In this document: positions 9,706 through 19,950 of the stretch, piece after piece
Layout: the number at the start of each line of letters is the position of its first letter
Position numbering within the stretch: position 1 is the stretch's first letter
From: Bdellovibrionales bacterium
Lineage (GTDB): Bacteria > Bdellovibrionota > Bdellovibrionia > Bdellovibrionales > UBA1609
Direction: 5' to 3'
Assembly (NCBI GenBank): GCA_965261545.1
Contig: CBDHDF010000010.1
Coordinates: forward strand, 832,001-896,000
Length of the DNA: 64,000 nucleotides
The notes under the pieces: model-generated
What the model saw: the letters and a program-made list of their open reading frames with translations, nothing else
What the model was told of the DNA's origin: nothing
Databases searched by the model: none
Translations under genes and position numbers: made by a program

Positions 9706-10433
9706 AGCTCTTGCAATATTCCATTAAGGCTTGTTGAGTGCCACTGCTCCATTTTCATTGTCGATGTAAAATCACGAAATGTCGTTTCTATTTCCCAACG
9801 ACGAGAGTAAAGAGCAACCATATCCTTCTTGTCCAAGGAGCCATGCGGAAGATTAGTGGCCAAAACAGAGAACTCCCCAGTCTTTGGGTTTTTATATTTA
9901 TAGAGATGAATGACCACCCCCTCAATAACCATTTGTGAATACCAACCTGGGCCATTAAATAAATTTACGATGGGGATAAAAGTAGAGCCTCGCTTACAAC
10001 GCGCAATAAAGAAGTTACTGGCTTGAGCATGGGCCTTAATAATCTCTGTAGATAAATAAAGCCTATCGTAGAGAGTTATGCTATTACTCTCAAAACTACC
10101 TATCATTTGAATAGCATTGGCGATTTCGTTGAGAGCGGGAGAATAGCAAAGATTCTTTGTCACACCCGATAAAACGTCATAAGCATGAGATAGATACATA
10201 CGTAAGAAATGAGTTTCCATCTCATTTGGGCAAGGGTACCCACAATAACCCTCCTTTAAAAGATCTTTAGAGCGAGGAAGTGCTAATTGGTCGCCATCTA
10301 TGGCATAGATATAAAAACCATGAAACGTTTTTCTCAATGGTTCGTAGTCTGTAATCAGAGATTCAAAGATATCTTTGAAAAATAGGTAAGAAATACTTTG
10401 ACGTATCTTGCTGAGACTGCTTTTGACTGGCAT
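9706..10433 (-). pseudogene. ISa transposase, 5' fragment
   Basis: Matches 20712.. up to GILQEL, then reads into the ISb end. Confidence 0.9.
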
Positions 10434-10790
10434 GAGAAGCAGGTCACCAAAATGAGTCCATACCGTCTTAAGAGCGATTTGGTAGCCTTCGTAATTTGTT
10501 CCTGAAATAAGATAGATAATGGTAAAAAAGAAAATTTGAGGATTAAATTTTCGATTCCTTTTTTGTTTTTCTGGATCGACAAGGTGCTCTGGCTTGAAGG
10601 AAGAATCAAGTTTTGGTAGAATAAAATGGTCATCTGTGACGCGAACTCGTCATTTGGGGGCTTTCGAGATCAATATTGGATTGCATGTGACTTACTCCTT
10701 GGTTGAGGGTTGGGTGTAAAATAAAACAAGTCTTATTCTTGTCGATTTATCTAATGATTTCAAGAGATTTTTCTTAAGGAAACGGCATTG

Positions 10791-10989
10791 GGTCATGGAC
10801 ACGATCACAAAACTGAAGCATGGATGGATCTTTCAAGGCAAACATTGCCACAGATGACATAATGGCATCGCTCAGAGGAATCCTATGGGGACGCTGCGAT
10901 CTTATATCTGGAACTGCAAGAGATTTACTGTGTAGCAGGGAATACATTCCTGAAGCGGATAGACCTTTTCTAAAATGTTGATGCGACAT
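10791..10989 (-). pseudogene. ISc transposase, 5' fragment
   Basis: AAGGAGG RBS then MSHQHFRKG...RVHD, cut by ISa. Confidence 0.88.
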
Positions 10990-11424
10990 GACGAACCCTC
11001 CTTGGTCTGATGTGCAACAACAAATATTCAAACAGATACTTAGGCAAAAGTCTACGAACTCTTTTTGAGGCGAATCTTTTGGAAGCCACTACTGTGGCCT
11101 AAACTATTTTTCGACGGGAATTGCTGATTACATTATATCTAGATATCTACAAAATTCGAGCATAAGCTTTTTAACTCATACGGGGACTCTTGTCTTGTAT
11201 GTCATGTTACAAATAATAAGGAGCAAAAAAGATACCACATTCACTTTACGTGGTCTACTGAAATCATTCAGTAATTTGGGATAAGAAACTTCACTATAAC
11301 CTCTTGACTGTCTACTCTTTGTACAATTGGTTACGATAGGAATGCGAGTTGCCTAGCACGCCCCTTACAGATATGGACTTGCTCGTTAAAGCATCCGGCA
11401 GCCCTAGGGTCCACGAAAACACAT

Positions 11425-12117
11425 CTACCCAATGTATTTTTTGGTGGCCTCCAGGTATCTTTGGCAAGATTCGCAAGCTCCACAGAGGTGCTCTTGACCT
11501 TGGTAGCATGGCCAGAGAAGGTTCCATGGTATGCCTAGCTCTTGCCCCTTTTGTGCGATTGCTTTTTTATTCATGTCAACGGTGTAGCATTTCACCATAG
11601 CCCCATGGGATGTGGAAAAGGCAAGGGCTTTATTGAGAGCTGTTATGTAGTTTTGGGAATTATCTGGAAATGTCTGGGCTTCTTCTAAATTAAAGCCGGG
11701 GATAATATAGGTTGCTCCCAGGGCTTCTGCAAATGCTGCCGCAATGTTGATAAAAACCCCATTTCTGTTGGGAACCCAAACGAGGTTTTTGGATTTTTCA
11801 GAGGCTACGGGATCGTGGATATTGATATCCTCTCCCAAGGGAAGGGGCTTGGAGGTGTCCAAGAGGCAACTTCCCCCAAGGGGACGCAGCCATGGCAGTG
11901 AAATTACTTGGTGATCTAAGGATCGAAGAAGGCAAATTTGCTGGGCTCGCCCCACCTCTCTCAAAGCAGCCCTTTGGCCATAGTCAAAAGTTAAGACTTT
12001 TCTCACCGGGAGGCCCTCATCCAAAGCCCAGTAGAGGTTGACCGTGGAGTCCAGGCCCGCAGAGAGAAGCACAACAGCACTTGTTTCTTTTAAAGTCTCC
12101 TCCCTTGAAATCGTCAT
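11425..12117 (-). CDS. queC: 7-cyano-7-deazaguanine synthase
   Basis: VLLSAGLDS PP-loop, FDYGQR, VPNRN, FPDN, CY...CGACESC zinc site. Confidence 0.93.
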   Translation of the reverse strand: MTISREETLKETSAVVLLSAGLDSTVNLYWALDEGLPVRKVLTFDYGQRAALREVGRAQQICLLRSLDHQVISLPWLRPLGGSCLLDTSKPLPLGEDINIHDPVASEKSKNLVWVPNRNGVFINIAAAFAEALGATYIIPGFNLEEAQTFPDNSQNYITALNKALAFSTSHGAMVKCYTVDMNKKAIAQKGQELGIPWNLLWPCYQGQEHLCGACESCQRYLEATKKYIG

Positions 12118-12190
12118 CTCAAGAATTGTAAATCAAGGCTTATAATGATTAAAGCTTTATTTACGCCTCTTTTGGAATTACAATGCACGG

Positions 12191-14338
12191 ATGGCTCCAA
12201 GGCATCGCAAGAGAAAAAAGAAGGTCCATGGCAAGAAGGGCTTGAATCATTCGCCTTTGGGCCAGCCCAGTCGTGATTTTCTCGATCGTGACTTAAGTCT
12301 ACTGTATTTTAACCAAAGGGTGCTGGAGCAAGCGGAAGATGAAAACCAGCCCCTTCTCGAAAGAGTTCGCTTTTTAAGTATTTTTCACTCCAATATCGAT
12401 GAATTTTTTATGAAGCGAGTGGGGGTGCCACGGCGTTCAGCCCTTTTTAGTGCTGCCGGTCACCGTCAGGATCGCATGGTTCTCATGCGCAACACTGTTT
12501 CTGAACTCTTTGCCAAAGCCGATCATTGTTTTAACGAGGCCCTCTCTGTGGAATTGAGAAAAGAGGGCATCTTTCTTTTGAAGTGGGAGGAGGTCACAGC
12601 TCAAGAAAAGAAAAAGGTCAACGATATTTTCGAAAAGCAGATTTTCCCTATTCTTACGCCCTTGGCTGTGGACTCAGCTCACCCCTTTCCTCATATTTCT
12701 AACTTATCCACATCTTTAGCTGTCTCCTTGAGAGGGACAAAAAAATCAGAACTCCTCTTTTCAAGGGTTAAAATCCCCAAAATTTTTCCCCCCTGGTATT
12801 CTGTGAATCAAGAAAAGAAGAGAAAGGGGGATGAGGTTCGACTTGTCAACCTCAACGATGTTATCCGCCATAATCTAGGCAAGTTGTTTCCCAATACACA
12901 CATAGAGGCAACGATGTTATTTCGGGTGATAAGAAATATCAACCTCGAAAGAGATGAAGAGATTTTTGACGATTTCTTAGAAATGATGGAAGAGGAACTT
13001 AAGCAGCGAAGATTTGGAGAAGTTGTCAAGCTTGAGATTGAAAGCAAAGTGGATAGCTGGCTCCTACAAAAGCTTATGGGTCAGTTGGAATTATCTCCAA
13101 GTGATGTCTACCAAACACAAGGTCTTATAGATTACAGCAAACTTAACACGATTGCAAATCTCGACATCCCCCATTTAAAATATTCTAGTTGGAGCCCTAT
13201 GCAACTTACTGAATTTCCTGAAAATGGCTCCAATATTTTTGATGTGATTTCTCAGAAAGATATTTTGGTTCATCACCCCTATGAGAGTTTTTCTGGAAGT
13301 GTGGAACGGTTTATTCAATCGGCTTCAGAAGACCCCAATGTGCGTGCCATTAAAATTACTCTTTATCGAACTCATGAAAAGGGGGCTATTGTTCCTGCGT
13401 TGATCCAGGCCGCAGAAATGGGAAAAGAAGTTGTGTGTCTTATTGAACTCAAGGCTCGCTTTGACGAGGAGAGAAATATCTATTGGGCCAACCGCATGGA
13501 GGGAGCCGGCATTCATGTGGTGTATGGGTTTCAAGGTTTAAAAATTCACAGTAAACTTCTTCTCGTTGTGCGGCAAGAGGGTGAAGAAATAAAAACTTAT
13601 CTCCATGTTGGAACGGGAAATTATCATAGTCAAACGGCAAAACTTTACACAGACATGGGTCTTTTTACAAGCCACCCACACATCACAGCTGAGGTTGTGG
13701 ATTTATTTAACTTTCTCACGGGTCTATCTCGCAAGAGTAGCTACAAGCACCTTCTTGTTTCCCCTATTAACATGAAAGAAAGGTTTCTTGAACTCATTGA
13801 TGGAGAGATTCAGAATGCTCGGCAGAATAAGCCGTCGCATATTATTGCTAAATGCAATAGCCTCGAAGACCATGGAGTCATTAAAAAGTTATATGAGGCT
13901 TCATCAGAGGGAGTACAAATTGATCTTATTGTTCGCGGTATTTGTACGCTCAAACCTAAAGTCAATAGTTTGAGTGAAAAGATTCGAGTGATATCTGTGG
14001 TGGATCGCTTCCTTGAACATTCGAGGATATTTTACTTTCGCAATGGTCAGAGCCGACCTGAAGATGGGATCTTTTATATTGGCTCTGCGGACTGGATGCA
14101 TCGCAATTTCGTAGGACGAGTGGAGGTGGCTTGCCCCATTTACGATGCCTCTATCAAAGAGGGTATTTACCAAGTGTTGGTTTTAATTCTTCAGGAGGAT
14201 GTCCAGACTTGGGAGCTTCAATCCGATGGGAGTTACAAACGCTTCTCCCTTTCAAAGGCTTCAAAGGCAAAACCAATGAGTTCCCAAGCTAAGCTTATGA
14301 AAAGAGCGAGTCAACATTTGGGAAGGAAGCCAATATAA
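12191..14338 (+). CDS. ppk1: Polyphosphate kinase 1
   Basis: RDLSLLYFNQRVL, HPFPHISN, HHPYESF, ELKARFDE, KIHSK, GTGNY, RFLEHSR, GSADWM.RN. Confidence 0.97.
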   Translation: MAPRHRKRKKKVHGKKGLNHSPLGQPSRDFLDRDLSLLYFNQRVLEQAEDENQPLLERVRFLSIFHSNIDEFFMKRVGVPRRSALFSAAGHRQDRMVLMRNTVSELFAKADHCFNEALSVELRKEGIFLLKWEEVTAQEKKKVNDIFEKQIFPILTPLAVDSAHPFPHISNLSTSLAVSLRGTKKSELLFSRVKIPKIFPPWYSVNQEKKRKGDEVRLVNLNDVIRHNLGKLFPNTHIEATMLFRVIRNINLERDEEIFDDFLEMMEEELKQRRFGEVVKLEIESKVDSWLLQKLMGQLELSPSDVYQTQGLIDYSKLNTIANLDIPHLKYSSWSPMQLTEFPENGSNIFDVISQKDILVHHPYESFSGSVERFIQSASEDPNVRAIKITLYRTHEKGAIVPALIQAAEMGKEVVCLIELKARFDEERNIYWANRMEGAGIHVVYGFQGLKIHSKLLLVVRQEGEEIKTYLHVGTGNYHSQTAKLYTDMGLFTSHPHITAEVVDLFNFLTGLSRKSSYKHLLVSPINMKERFLELIDGEIQNARQNKPSHIIAKCNSLEDHGVIKKLYEASSEGVQIDLIVRGICTLKPKVNSLSEKIRVISVVDRFLEHSRIFYFRNGQSRPEDGIFYIGSADWMHRNFVGRVEVACPIYDASIKEGIYQVLVLILQEDVQTWELQSDGSYKRFSLSKASKAKPMSSQAKLMKRASQHLGRKPI

Positions 14339-14340
14339 AT

Positions 14341-14874
14341 ATGAAGCTCCTTATCATTCGCCATGGCAAAGCTGAAGATCGAGAGGTTTACCACCGGGTT
14401 TCCCATGAGAGGTCGGATCACCTCCGCCCCCTTACAAAGGAGGGAAAAAAGCAGTGGGCTGAGGTCAGTCAATGGCTTCAAGGACAAGTCAGCAAAATTG
14501 ATGAGATTTGGACAAGCCCCCTTGTGCGAGCTCAAGAGACAACGCAGATTCTCCAAAAATACTATCCTAAGGCTAGCGTTTATGCAAAACAAGAGCTTGA
14601 GCCTCAAAATCCACCAGAAAAAATTCTTCAAGTTCTAGATAAGTTTTTATGGGGAGAAAATACAACACTCCAAGAATCTCTCCCCTGTGTGGCTATTGTG
14701 GGACATGAGCCACATTTAAGCCAAACTCTTTGCGAATTGATATCAACTCCCTTTCAGGGGAACATAGGTTTTAAAAAAGCTGGAATAGCTATGGTGAACT
14801 TTTCAGGTCACCATGGGAAAGGGCAAAGTGAACTGAAGTGGCTTGTAACTCCAAAACTAGTGTTGAAAAAGTAA
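14341..14874 (+). CDS. sixA: SixA-like phosphohistidine phosphatase
   Basis: IIRHGKA, RPLT, SPLVRAQET, VGHEP. Confidence 0.88.
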   Translation: MKLLIIRHGKAEDREVYHRVSHERSDHLRPLTKEGKKQWAEVSQWLQGQVSKIDEIWTSPLVRAQETTQILQKYYPKASVYAKQELEPQNPPEKILQVLDKFLWGENTTLQESLPCVAIVGHEPHLSQTLCELISTPFQGNIGFKKAGIAMVNFSGHHGKGQSELKWLVTPKLVLKK

Positions 14875-15842
14875 GTTCCTTTTCTCTTCGTGTAGGTGTG
14901 GTTGATATTGGGTCCAATGCTATCCGACTCATTATTGGGGATATCAATGCTCGCGGAGGAATTGTCACTGTTCTCAAAAGAAGGGAGGCTGTTCGTTTAG
15001 GAGAAAGCGTTTTCCGTTCTCAACGATTGTCCGATGAGTGTATGGATCGTGCGGTTGCCAGTATTTCGCAATTTGCAGAATATTTCAGAGAGTTTCAAGT
15101 GGATAAAATTCGGGCCGTCGCCACCAGCGCTGTGCGCAATGCCATGAATAAAGATGAGTTTATCTCTAGGGTTTTTCAAGAAACAGGTGTTTCCATTGAT
15201 GTCATTGATGGCCACCAAGAGTCTAAATTTATACTTAGATCTGTTCGTGAGGTTATAGGTCCCAAAGACCTTTTGATTATGGATATTGGAGGGGGAAGTG
15301 TTGAGTTTATACTAAGCACTCAAGAAAAGGAGTTCGTGGCGATCTCCCTCCCCCTTGGAACCGTGAGAATGATTGAGGATATGAAGGATCAGCAGGCAGA
15401 CTCCAACCAGTCTTTTCGAGATGCCCTTGAGAAAAAATATGAAGATTCTCTTCTCTGCTTGAACTCCTTTTTGGCTTCAGCCTCACTCCAGCTCACGCTG
15501 GTGGGAACGGGAGGAAACTTAGAGTGTCTTGGCCAACTTAGAAAACAGGTCTTTCAAAGAAAATCTCATACAAAAGTTAAGAGTCACGAAATAGACCTCC
15601 TTGTTGAAGAGCTTTTTGCTTTGACTTTTAGGGAAAGGCGACAGCAATTTTATTTAAGAGAGGATCGAAGTGATGTCATTTTGCCTGCAAGCCTACTCAC
15701 ACAGAAGGTCTTGCAGGTGGCGAATTCAAAGAAAATTTTTGTTCCAGGAGTGGGTCTTCGAGAGGGCCTTCTTCTTTCTATGAGGCCCCATGGATGGGGC
15801 CTCACCACAGAAGGTGGTAAATTTGAGACTTGTTTGTTGTAA
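14838..15842 (+). CDS. ppx: Ppx/GppA family exopolyphosphatase
   Basis: DIGSNAIRL, ATSAVR, DIGGGSVE, GLREG; operonic with ppk1; start uncertain. Confidence 0.92.
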   Translation: MACNSKTSVEKVSSFSLRVGVVDIGSNAIRLIIGDINARGGIVTVLKRREAVRLGESVFRSQRLSDECMDRAVASISQFAEYFREFQVDKIRAVATSAVRNAMNKDEFISRVFQETGVSIDVIDGHQESKFILRSVREVIGPKDLLIMDIGGGSVEFILSTQEKEFVAISLPLGTVRMIEDMKDQQADSNQSFRDALEKKYEDSLLCLNSFLASASLQLTLVGTGGNLECLGQLRKQVFQRKSHTKVKSHEIDLLVEELFALTFRERRQQFYLREDRSDVILPASLLTQKVLQVANSKKIFVPGVGLREGLLLSMRPHGWGLTTEGGKFETCLL

Positions 15843-16087
15843 CGAGAATTAAATACTTGAATCCGTCAAAAAAATTAAGTCAATTTTCTTCATAGTGGTC
15901 TCTTTAATTGGTCCTAGAAATCGAACTATTTTGAAACAAAATATCTCAAGTTACTGAAATAACATGTGAAAAATGAGTGAAAATTGTCAACTTTCTACTC
16001 AAGTGATCAGGACCTTAGTCCGATGTGCAAAACATGTGGCAAGAGATTCGCTGCTAGGACTCACTCGGACAACTATCATATGAGGAA

Positions 16088-16462
16088 CAGCAATTCCCGT
16101 CGAAAAATAGTTTAGGCCACAGTAGTGGCTTCCAAAAGATTCGCCTCAAAAAGAGTTCGTAGAATTTTGCCTAAGTATCTGTTTGAATATTTGTTGTTGC
16201 ACATCAGACCAAGGAGGGTTCGTCATGTCGCATCAACATTTTAGAAAAGGTCTATCCGCTTCAGGAATGTATTCCCTGTTACACAGTAAATCTCTTGCAG
16301 TTCCAGATATAAGATCGCAGCGTCCCCATAGGATTCCTCTGAGCGATGCCATTATGTCATCTGTGGCAATGTTTGCCTTGAAAGATCCATCCATGCTTCA
16401 GTTTTGTGATCGTGTCCATGACCCAGTGGCAAAAAACAACCTACACCATTTGTTTCAAATAG
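16088..16462 (+). mobile_element. ISc copy 2, left end and truncated transposase (ATG 16225)
   Basis: TIR CAGCAATTCCCGTCGA at 16088; identity with ISc ends at 16462. Confidence 0.9.
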
Positions 16463-16909
16463 CGCATTGACTCACAATAAAGGTAACTTTGCTCGGTGCG
16501 ATATTTTTAGGAAATCACCGAATGACTCATAAATATCTTACCCTAGACTGGTTGTTGTACCAAAACGACACATTAAGGGGGAATTATGAGCCACTCGGCA
16601 AAAAAGCAATATTTAATGGCTATTCTTGAGCGCTACCAAAAATCGTCCAAAAGCGAGAAAAAAATTATTTTAACTGAGTTTTGTACTATTTGTGGTTATA
16701 ACCGGAAATATGCCATAAGGCTACTGAATGGCCAGAAATTCCCGCCGAGCTTGAAAAAACATTGAAATTCCTCCAAATCTCAGTGTGAGAATTGCACTGC
16801 ATCGAATAAGGTAAACCTCCCCGTCTTCGCCATTTAGAGGCGAATATCCAGACTTTAGTTTAGGGCAAATACGTTAAACTCTTTGGGGCACTTTGAGAGA
16901 AATGGCTGC

Positions 16910-18238
16910 TCATGATGTGTCGAAAACATCTGAGGCAGCAATAGGCTTAATCCCATAAGCCATTATGGCGAGGAGTTCCTGCCAATTTTTAAAGTATAGG
17001 GTATGGAAATACCCCCTCATATGATCCCATAGATAAGATAGTCTCCTCTCTTTTTCTACCGCCTTTTGAAACAATTTACAGGCCAAATGTTGAAGTTGGT
17101 CCACTAAAAATACCAGCATCATAATCACGGCTAAATTGTTACACAAATTTTGCTTGCCGTGGCCAAAATTGTGCTCAAAGTTGTAACCCAAATTCTTTAA
17201 CGTATTAAATGTTTCATTTTCTATCTTCCAGCGTGCTCTTCCCCCCCTCATTATTTGCATTATGTTGTCTTCGTTGATCTCAATGTCAGTCACCCAGCTA
17301 AAGTGCTGAACCTTACCGTTTGCTTTCGTTTCTTTGTATTCAATAAAATTCACTCGACAATCAGGATTTGAATCATTGAGTGAAACATCATTTATGAATC
17401 GAAATTCATGTGTCACTCCATTCTCTACCACGGTGAAGTGAGAAACTGTTCCTAAGCTATCTGCTCCATTTACAAACTCAAATAAAACTTTGTGGTCTCC
17501 CATCTTACAGCCTAAAATATAACTTAATTTTAATTCGTTAAGAAGAGTGATGTGAGGAGCATTGGAAGCCAATCCATCCTCAATAACAATCACTGGAAGG
17601 TGAGGGTGTTCCCTGCGAAAATCTTCAAGGAGTCGTTTGGCTGCATTACGCTCACAATCATTTTTGCTCGATCCATCTGTGTTTGAAATGGGCTCTGGAG
17701 CAATAGGTATAACCTGTTTCTTATCGGGGTGAACAATCACTCCTGCTAACATTTGATGATAGTAGGTCTTCGTCTCATCACGATGATTCTTTATACAACA
17801 ATTCTCACAATGAATAGTCGAGGAGCTAAAGGCGCCTGTTCCATCAATGCTGAGAAGATATTTTCCACCCAAATATGGGTAACCCTCCAAAACCTTCCCT
17901 CTTTGAGCTACGGTAAACAAAGATTTAAAAAAATTTTGAAACTCACGGGTTGGAACAGGATCTAAAATCTCTCGCATAGCCGTATCACTAGGAATTTGGC
18001 CTATTTGAAACAAATGGTGTAGGTTGTTTTTTGCCACTGGGTCATGGACACGATCACAAAACTGAAGCATGGATGGATCTTTCAAGGCAAACATTGCCAC
18101 AGATGACATAATGGCATCGCTCAGAGGAATCCTATGGGGACGCTGCGATCTTATATCTGGAACTGCAAGAGATTTACTGTGTAACAGGGAATACATTCCT
18201 GAAGCGGATAGACCTTTTCTAAAATGTTGATGCGACAT
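16910..18238 (-). CDS. ISc DDE transposase (intact ORF, ISNCY-like)
   Basis: SIDGTG, IEDGL, RWKIENETFNTLK; start set at the ATG after AAGGAGG (ORF track starts at 18280). Confidence 0.9.
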   Translation of the reverse strand: MSHQHFRKGLSASGMYSLLHSKSLAVPDIRSQRPHRIPLSDAIMSSVAMFALKDPSMLQFCDRVHDPVAKNNLHHLFQIGQIPSDTAMREILDPVPTREFQNFFKSLFTVAQRGKVLEGYPYLGGKYLLSIDGTGAFSSSTIHCENCCIKNHRDETKTYYHQMLAGVIVHPDKKQVIPIAPEPISNTDGSSKNDCERNAAKRLLEDFRREHPHLPVIVIEDGLASNAPHITLLNELKLSYILGCKMGDHKVLFEFVNGADSLGTVSHFTVVENGVTHEFRFINDVSLNDSNPDCRVNFIEYKETKANGKVQHFSWVTDIEINEDNIMQIMRGGRARWKIENETFNTLKNLGYNFEHNFGHGKQNLCNNLAVIMMLVFLVDQLQHLACKLFQKAVEKERRLSYLWDHMRGYFHTLYFKNWQELLAIMAYGIKPIAASDVFDTS

Positions 18239-18387
18239 GACGAACCCTCCTTGGTCTGATGTGCAACAACAAATATTCAAACAGATACTTAGGCAAAAGT
18301 CTACGAACTTTTTGGAGCCTGTAAACTATTTTGTGTAACTGCCGAATCATATTAGGATGAACTATCATCCTGAAAGGAGAAGGCAAA

Positions 18388-19590
18388 ATGGATATCAAGA
18401 CAATAGGCAAGGAACTAGCGAAGAACGTCAAGACCCAAAAGGATTTATCCGACATAACGGGTCAACTGATGAAGGTTGTTTTAGAGACAGCTCTTAATGC
18501 GGAAATGGACGATCACCTAGGTTATGAGAGGCATGAGAAGTCTGAGACCCGCAAATCCAACACTCGCAATGGTTACAGTAGAAAGACCATAAAGGGAGAG
18601 AAAGGCGAGGTGGAGCTTCAGGTCCCCCGTGACCGAAGTGCCTCCTTTGAGCCCCAAGTCATTCCCAAAGGCAAGACTCGTCTTGAGGGCTTTGAAGACA
18701 GTATTCTGACCCTCTATGCGAGGGGAATGACGACCAGGGATATTCAAGGAGCTATCAAAGACCTCTACCATGGTGCAGAGATATCCCACTCAGTGATAGC
18801 CAACGTGACGGATGCTGTTATTGATGAAGTTACGGCTTGGCAGAACCGCCCCTTGGATAGCACTTACCCTATCGTATTTTTGGACTGTATCGTGGTGAAG
18901 GTCCATCAAGACAAGAGAGTTATTAATAAGGCGATTTACCTAGCTCTTGGTATTACAGAGGAGGGTCAGAAAGACTTGTTGGGCCTATGGATTTCTGAAA
19001 ATGAGGGTTCAAAGTTTTGGTTGAGTGTTTTGACTGAGCTGCAAAATCGAGGGTTGAAAGACGTATTTATATTTTCTGTAGATGGTCTTACAGGTTTTCC
19101 TCAAGCCATTTCAGCGGCTTTTCCCAAGTCTAAAGTACAACTGTGCATTGTCCATATGGTCCGCAATTCCCTTCGCTATGTTCCTTCCAAGGATATGAAA
19201 GCTGTCGCCCAAGACCTCAAGTCCATTTATGGCTCTACGACTCTGACAGAAGCTGAAAAGGCCCTTGAGGAATTTTGTACCAAGTGGTCTTCAAAGTATC
19301 CGAATATTGAAAAGTCTTGGCGTAGGAATTGGGACAATCTCATCACTATTTTCGATTATCCGGATGAAATCAGAAAGATTTTTTATACCACAAACGCCAT
19401 AGAGTCGTTAAATAGCGTGATCCGCAAGGCGATCAGAAATCGTAAGATATTTCCCAGTGATCGGTCGGCTTTAAAAGTTGTATATTTAGCGATAAAAATG
19501 GCCTCTAAGCGATGGACACGACCATTACACAACTGGAAGCCAGCCATGAACAGGTTTGCCATTGAATACGGTGACCGTTTTGACAACTAA
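18388..19590 (+). CDS. IS256-family (Mutator) transposase
   Basis: RNGY, VPRDR, VFLDC, DGLTGF, QLCIVH, YTTNAIESLN. Confidence 0.97.
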   Translation: MDIKTIGKELAKNVKTQKDLSDITGQLMKVVLETALNAEMDDHLGYERHEKSETRKSNTRNGYSRKTIKGEKGEVELQVPRDRSASFEPQVIPKGKTRLEGFEDSILTLYARGMTTRDIQGAIKDLYHGAEISHSVIANVTDAVIDEVTAWQNRPLDSTYPIVFLDCIVVKVHQDKRVINKAIYLALGITEEGQKDLLGLWISENEGSKFWLSVLTELQNRGLKDVFIFSVDGLTGFPQAISAAFPKSKVQLCIVHMVRNSLRYVPSKDMKAVAQDLKSIYGSTTLTEAEKALEEFCTKWSSKYPNIEKSWRRNWDNLITIFDYPDEIRKIFYTTNAIESLNSVIRKAIRNRKIFPSDRSALKVVYLAIKMASKRWTRPLHNWKPAMNRFAIEYGDRFDN

Positions 19591-19614
19591 GTTTTTTAAT
19601 AAGGTCCACCACCT

Positions 19615-19648
19615 GCCTTATAAGGGGGCTTAAAAGCCCCTCTAAGGC
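19615..19648 (+). terminator. GC-rich hairpin after the IS256 transposase
   Basis: GCCTTATAAGGGGGCT-TAAA-AGCCCCTCTAAGGC; no long U tract. Confidence 0.4.
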
Positions 19649-19684
19649 GTTGACAGAAGTACTGGAATACCGAGACTATGGTTA

Positions 19685-19950
19685 GGGTAATATAGTATGG
19701 GAACCTAAATACATGCCCTCTTGGTGCAGATTTGGGTTCCCATTTTTTTTCATATTTCATCCCAATTCTGGTATTTCTCGAATATCCTAAGTTAAAAAAA
19801 ATAAAAAAAAGGGGGTAATATAGTATGGGAACCTAAACACATGAACCCTTTGATGAGATTGGAATTTCCATTTTTTTGAGAGAGCCATTGCTGATTTTTT
19901 TTCAACCAAGATGATAATTATTTATTTGAGTTCTTTCCAGTTCTGATATG
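19685..19950. repeat. Non-coding cassette with 31-bp direct repeat; 19770-19950 also occurs inverted at 1086-1254
   Basis: GGGTAATATAGTATGGGAACCTAAA(T/C)ACATG near 19685 and 19813; long near-identity with the reverse complement of 1086-1254. Confidence 0.85.

Larger units (their letters stand above)
7347..10790 (-). mobile_element. IS4-family element ISa, copy 2 (interrupted by ISb)
   Basis: 18-bp TIRs CAATGCCGTTTCCTTAAG; 10-bp TSD GGTCATGGAC at 7337-7346 and 10791-10800. Confidence 0.95.
6030..11126 (-). mobile_element. ISNCY-like DDE element ISc, copy 1 (interrupted by ISa)
   Basis: Imperfect TIR CAG(A/C)AATTCCCG(C/T)CGA; 9-bp TSD ATTACATTA at 6021-6029 and 11127-11135. Confidence 0.9.

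Noticed and set aside
11425..12117. queC as part of a deazaguanine DNA-modification or QueC defence system
   Set aside because: No dpd, qat or TatD-like neighbours; looks like a lone housekeeping queC.
15997..16027. Second sigma28-like promoter
   Set aside because: Spacing is off by one, the -10 match is weak, and the downstream region is replaced by IS.
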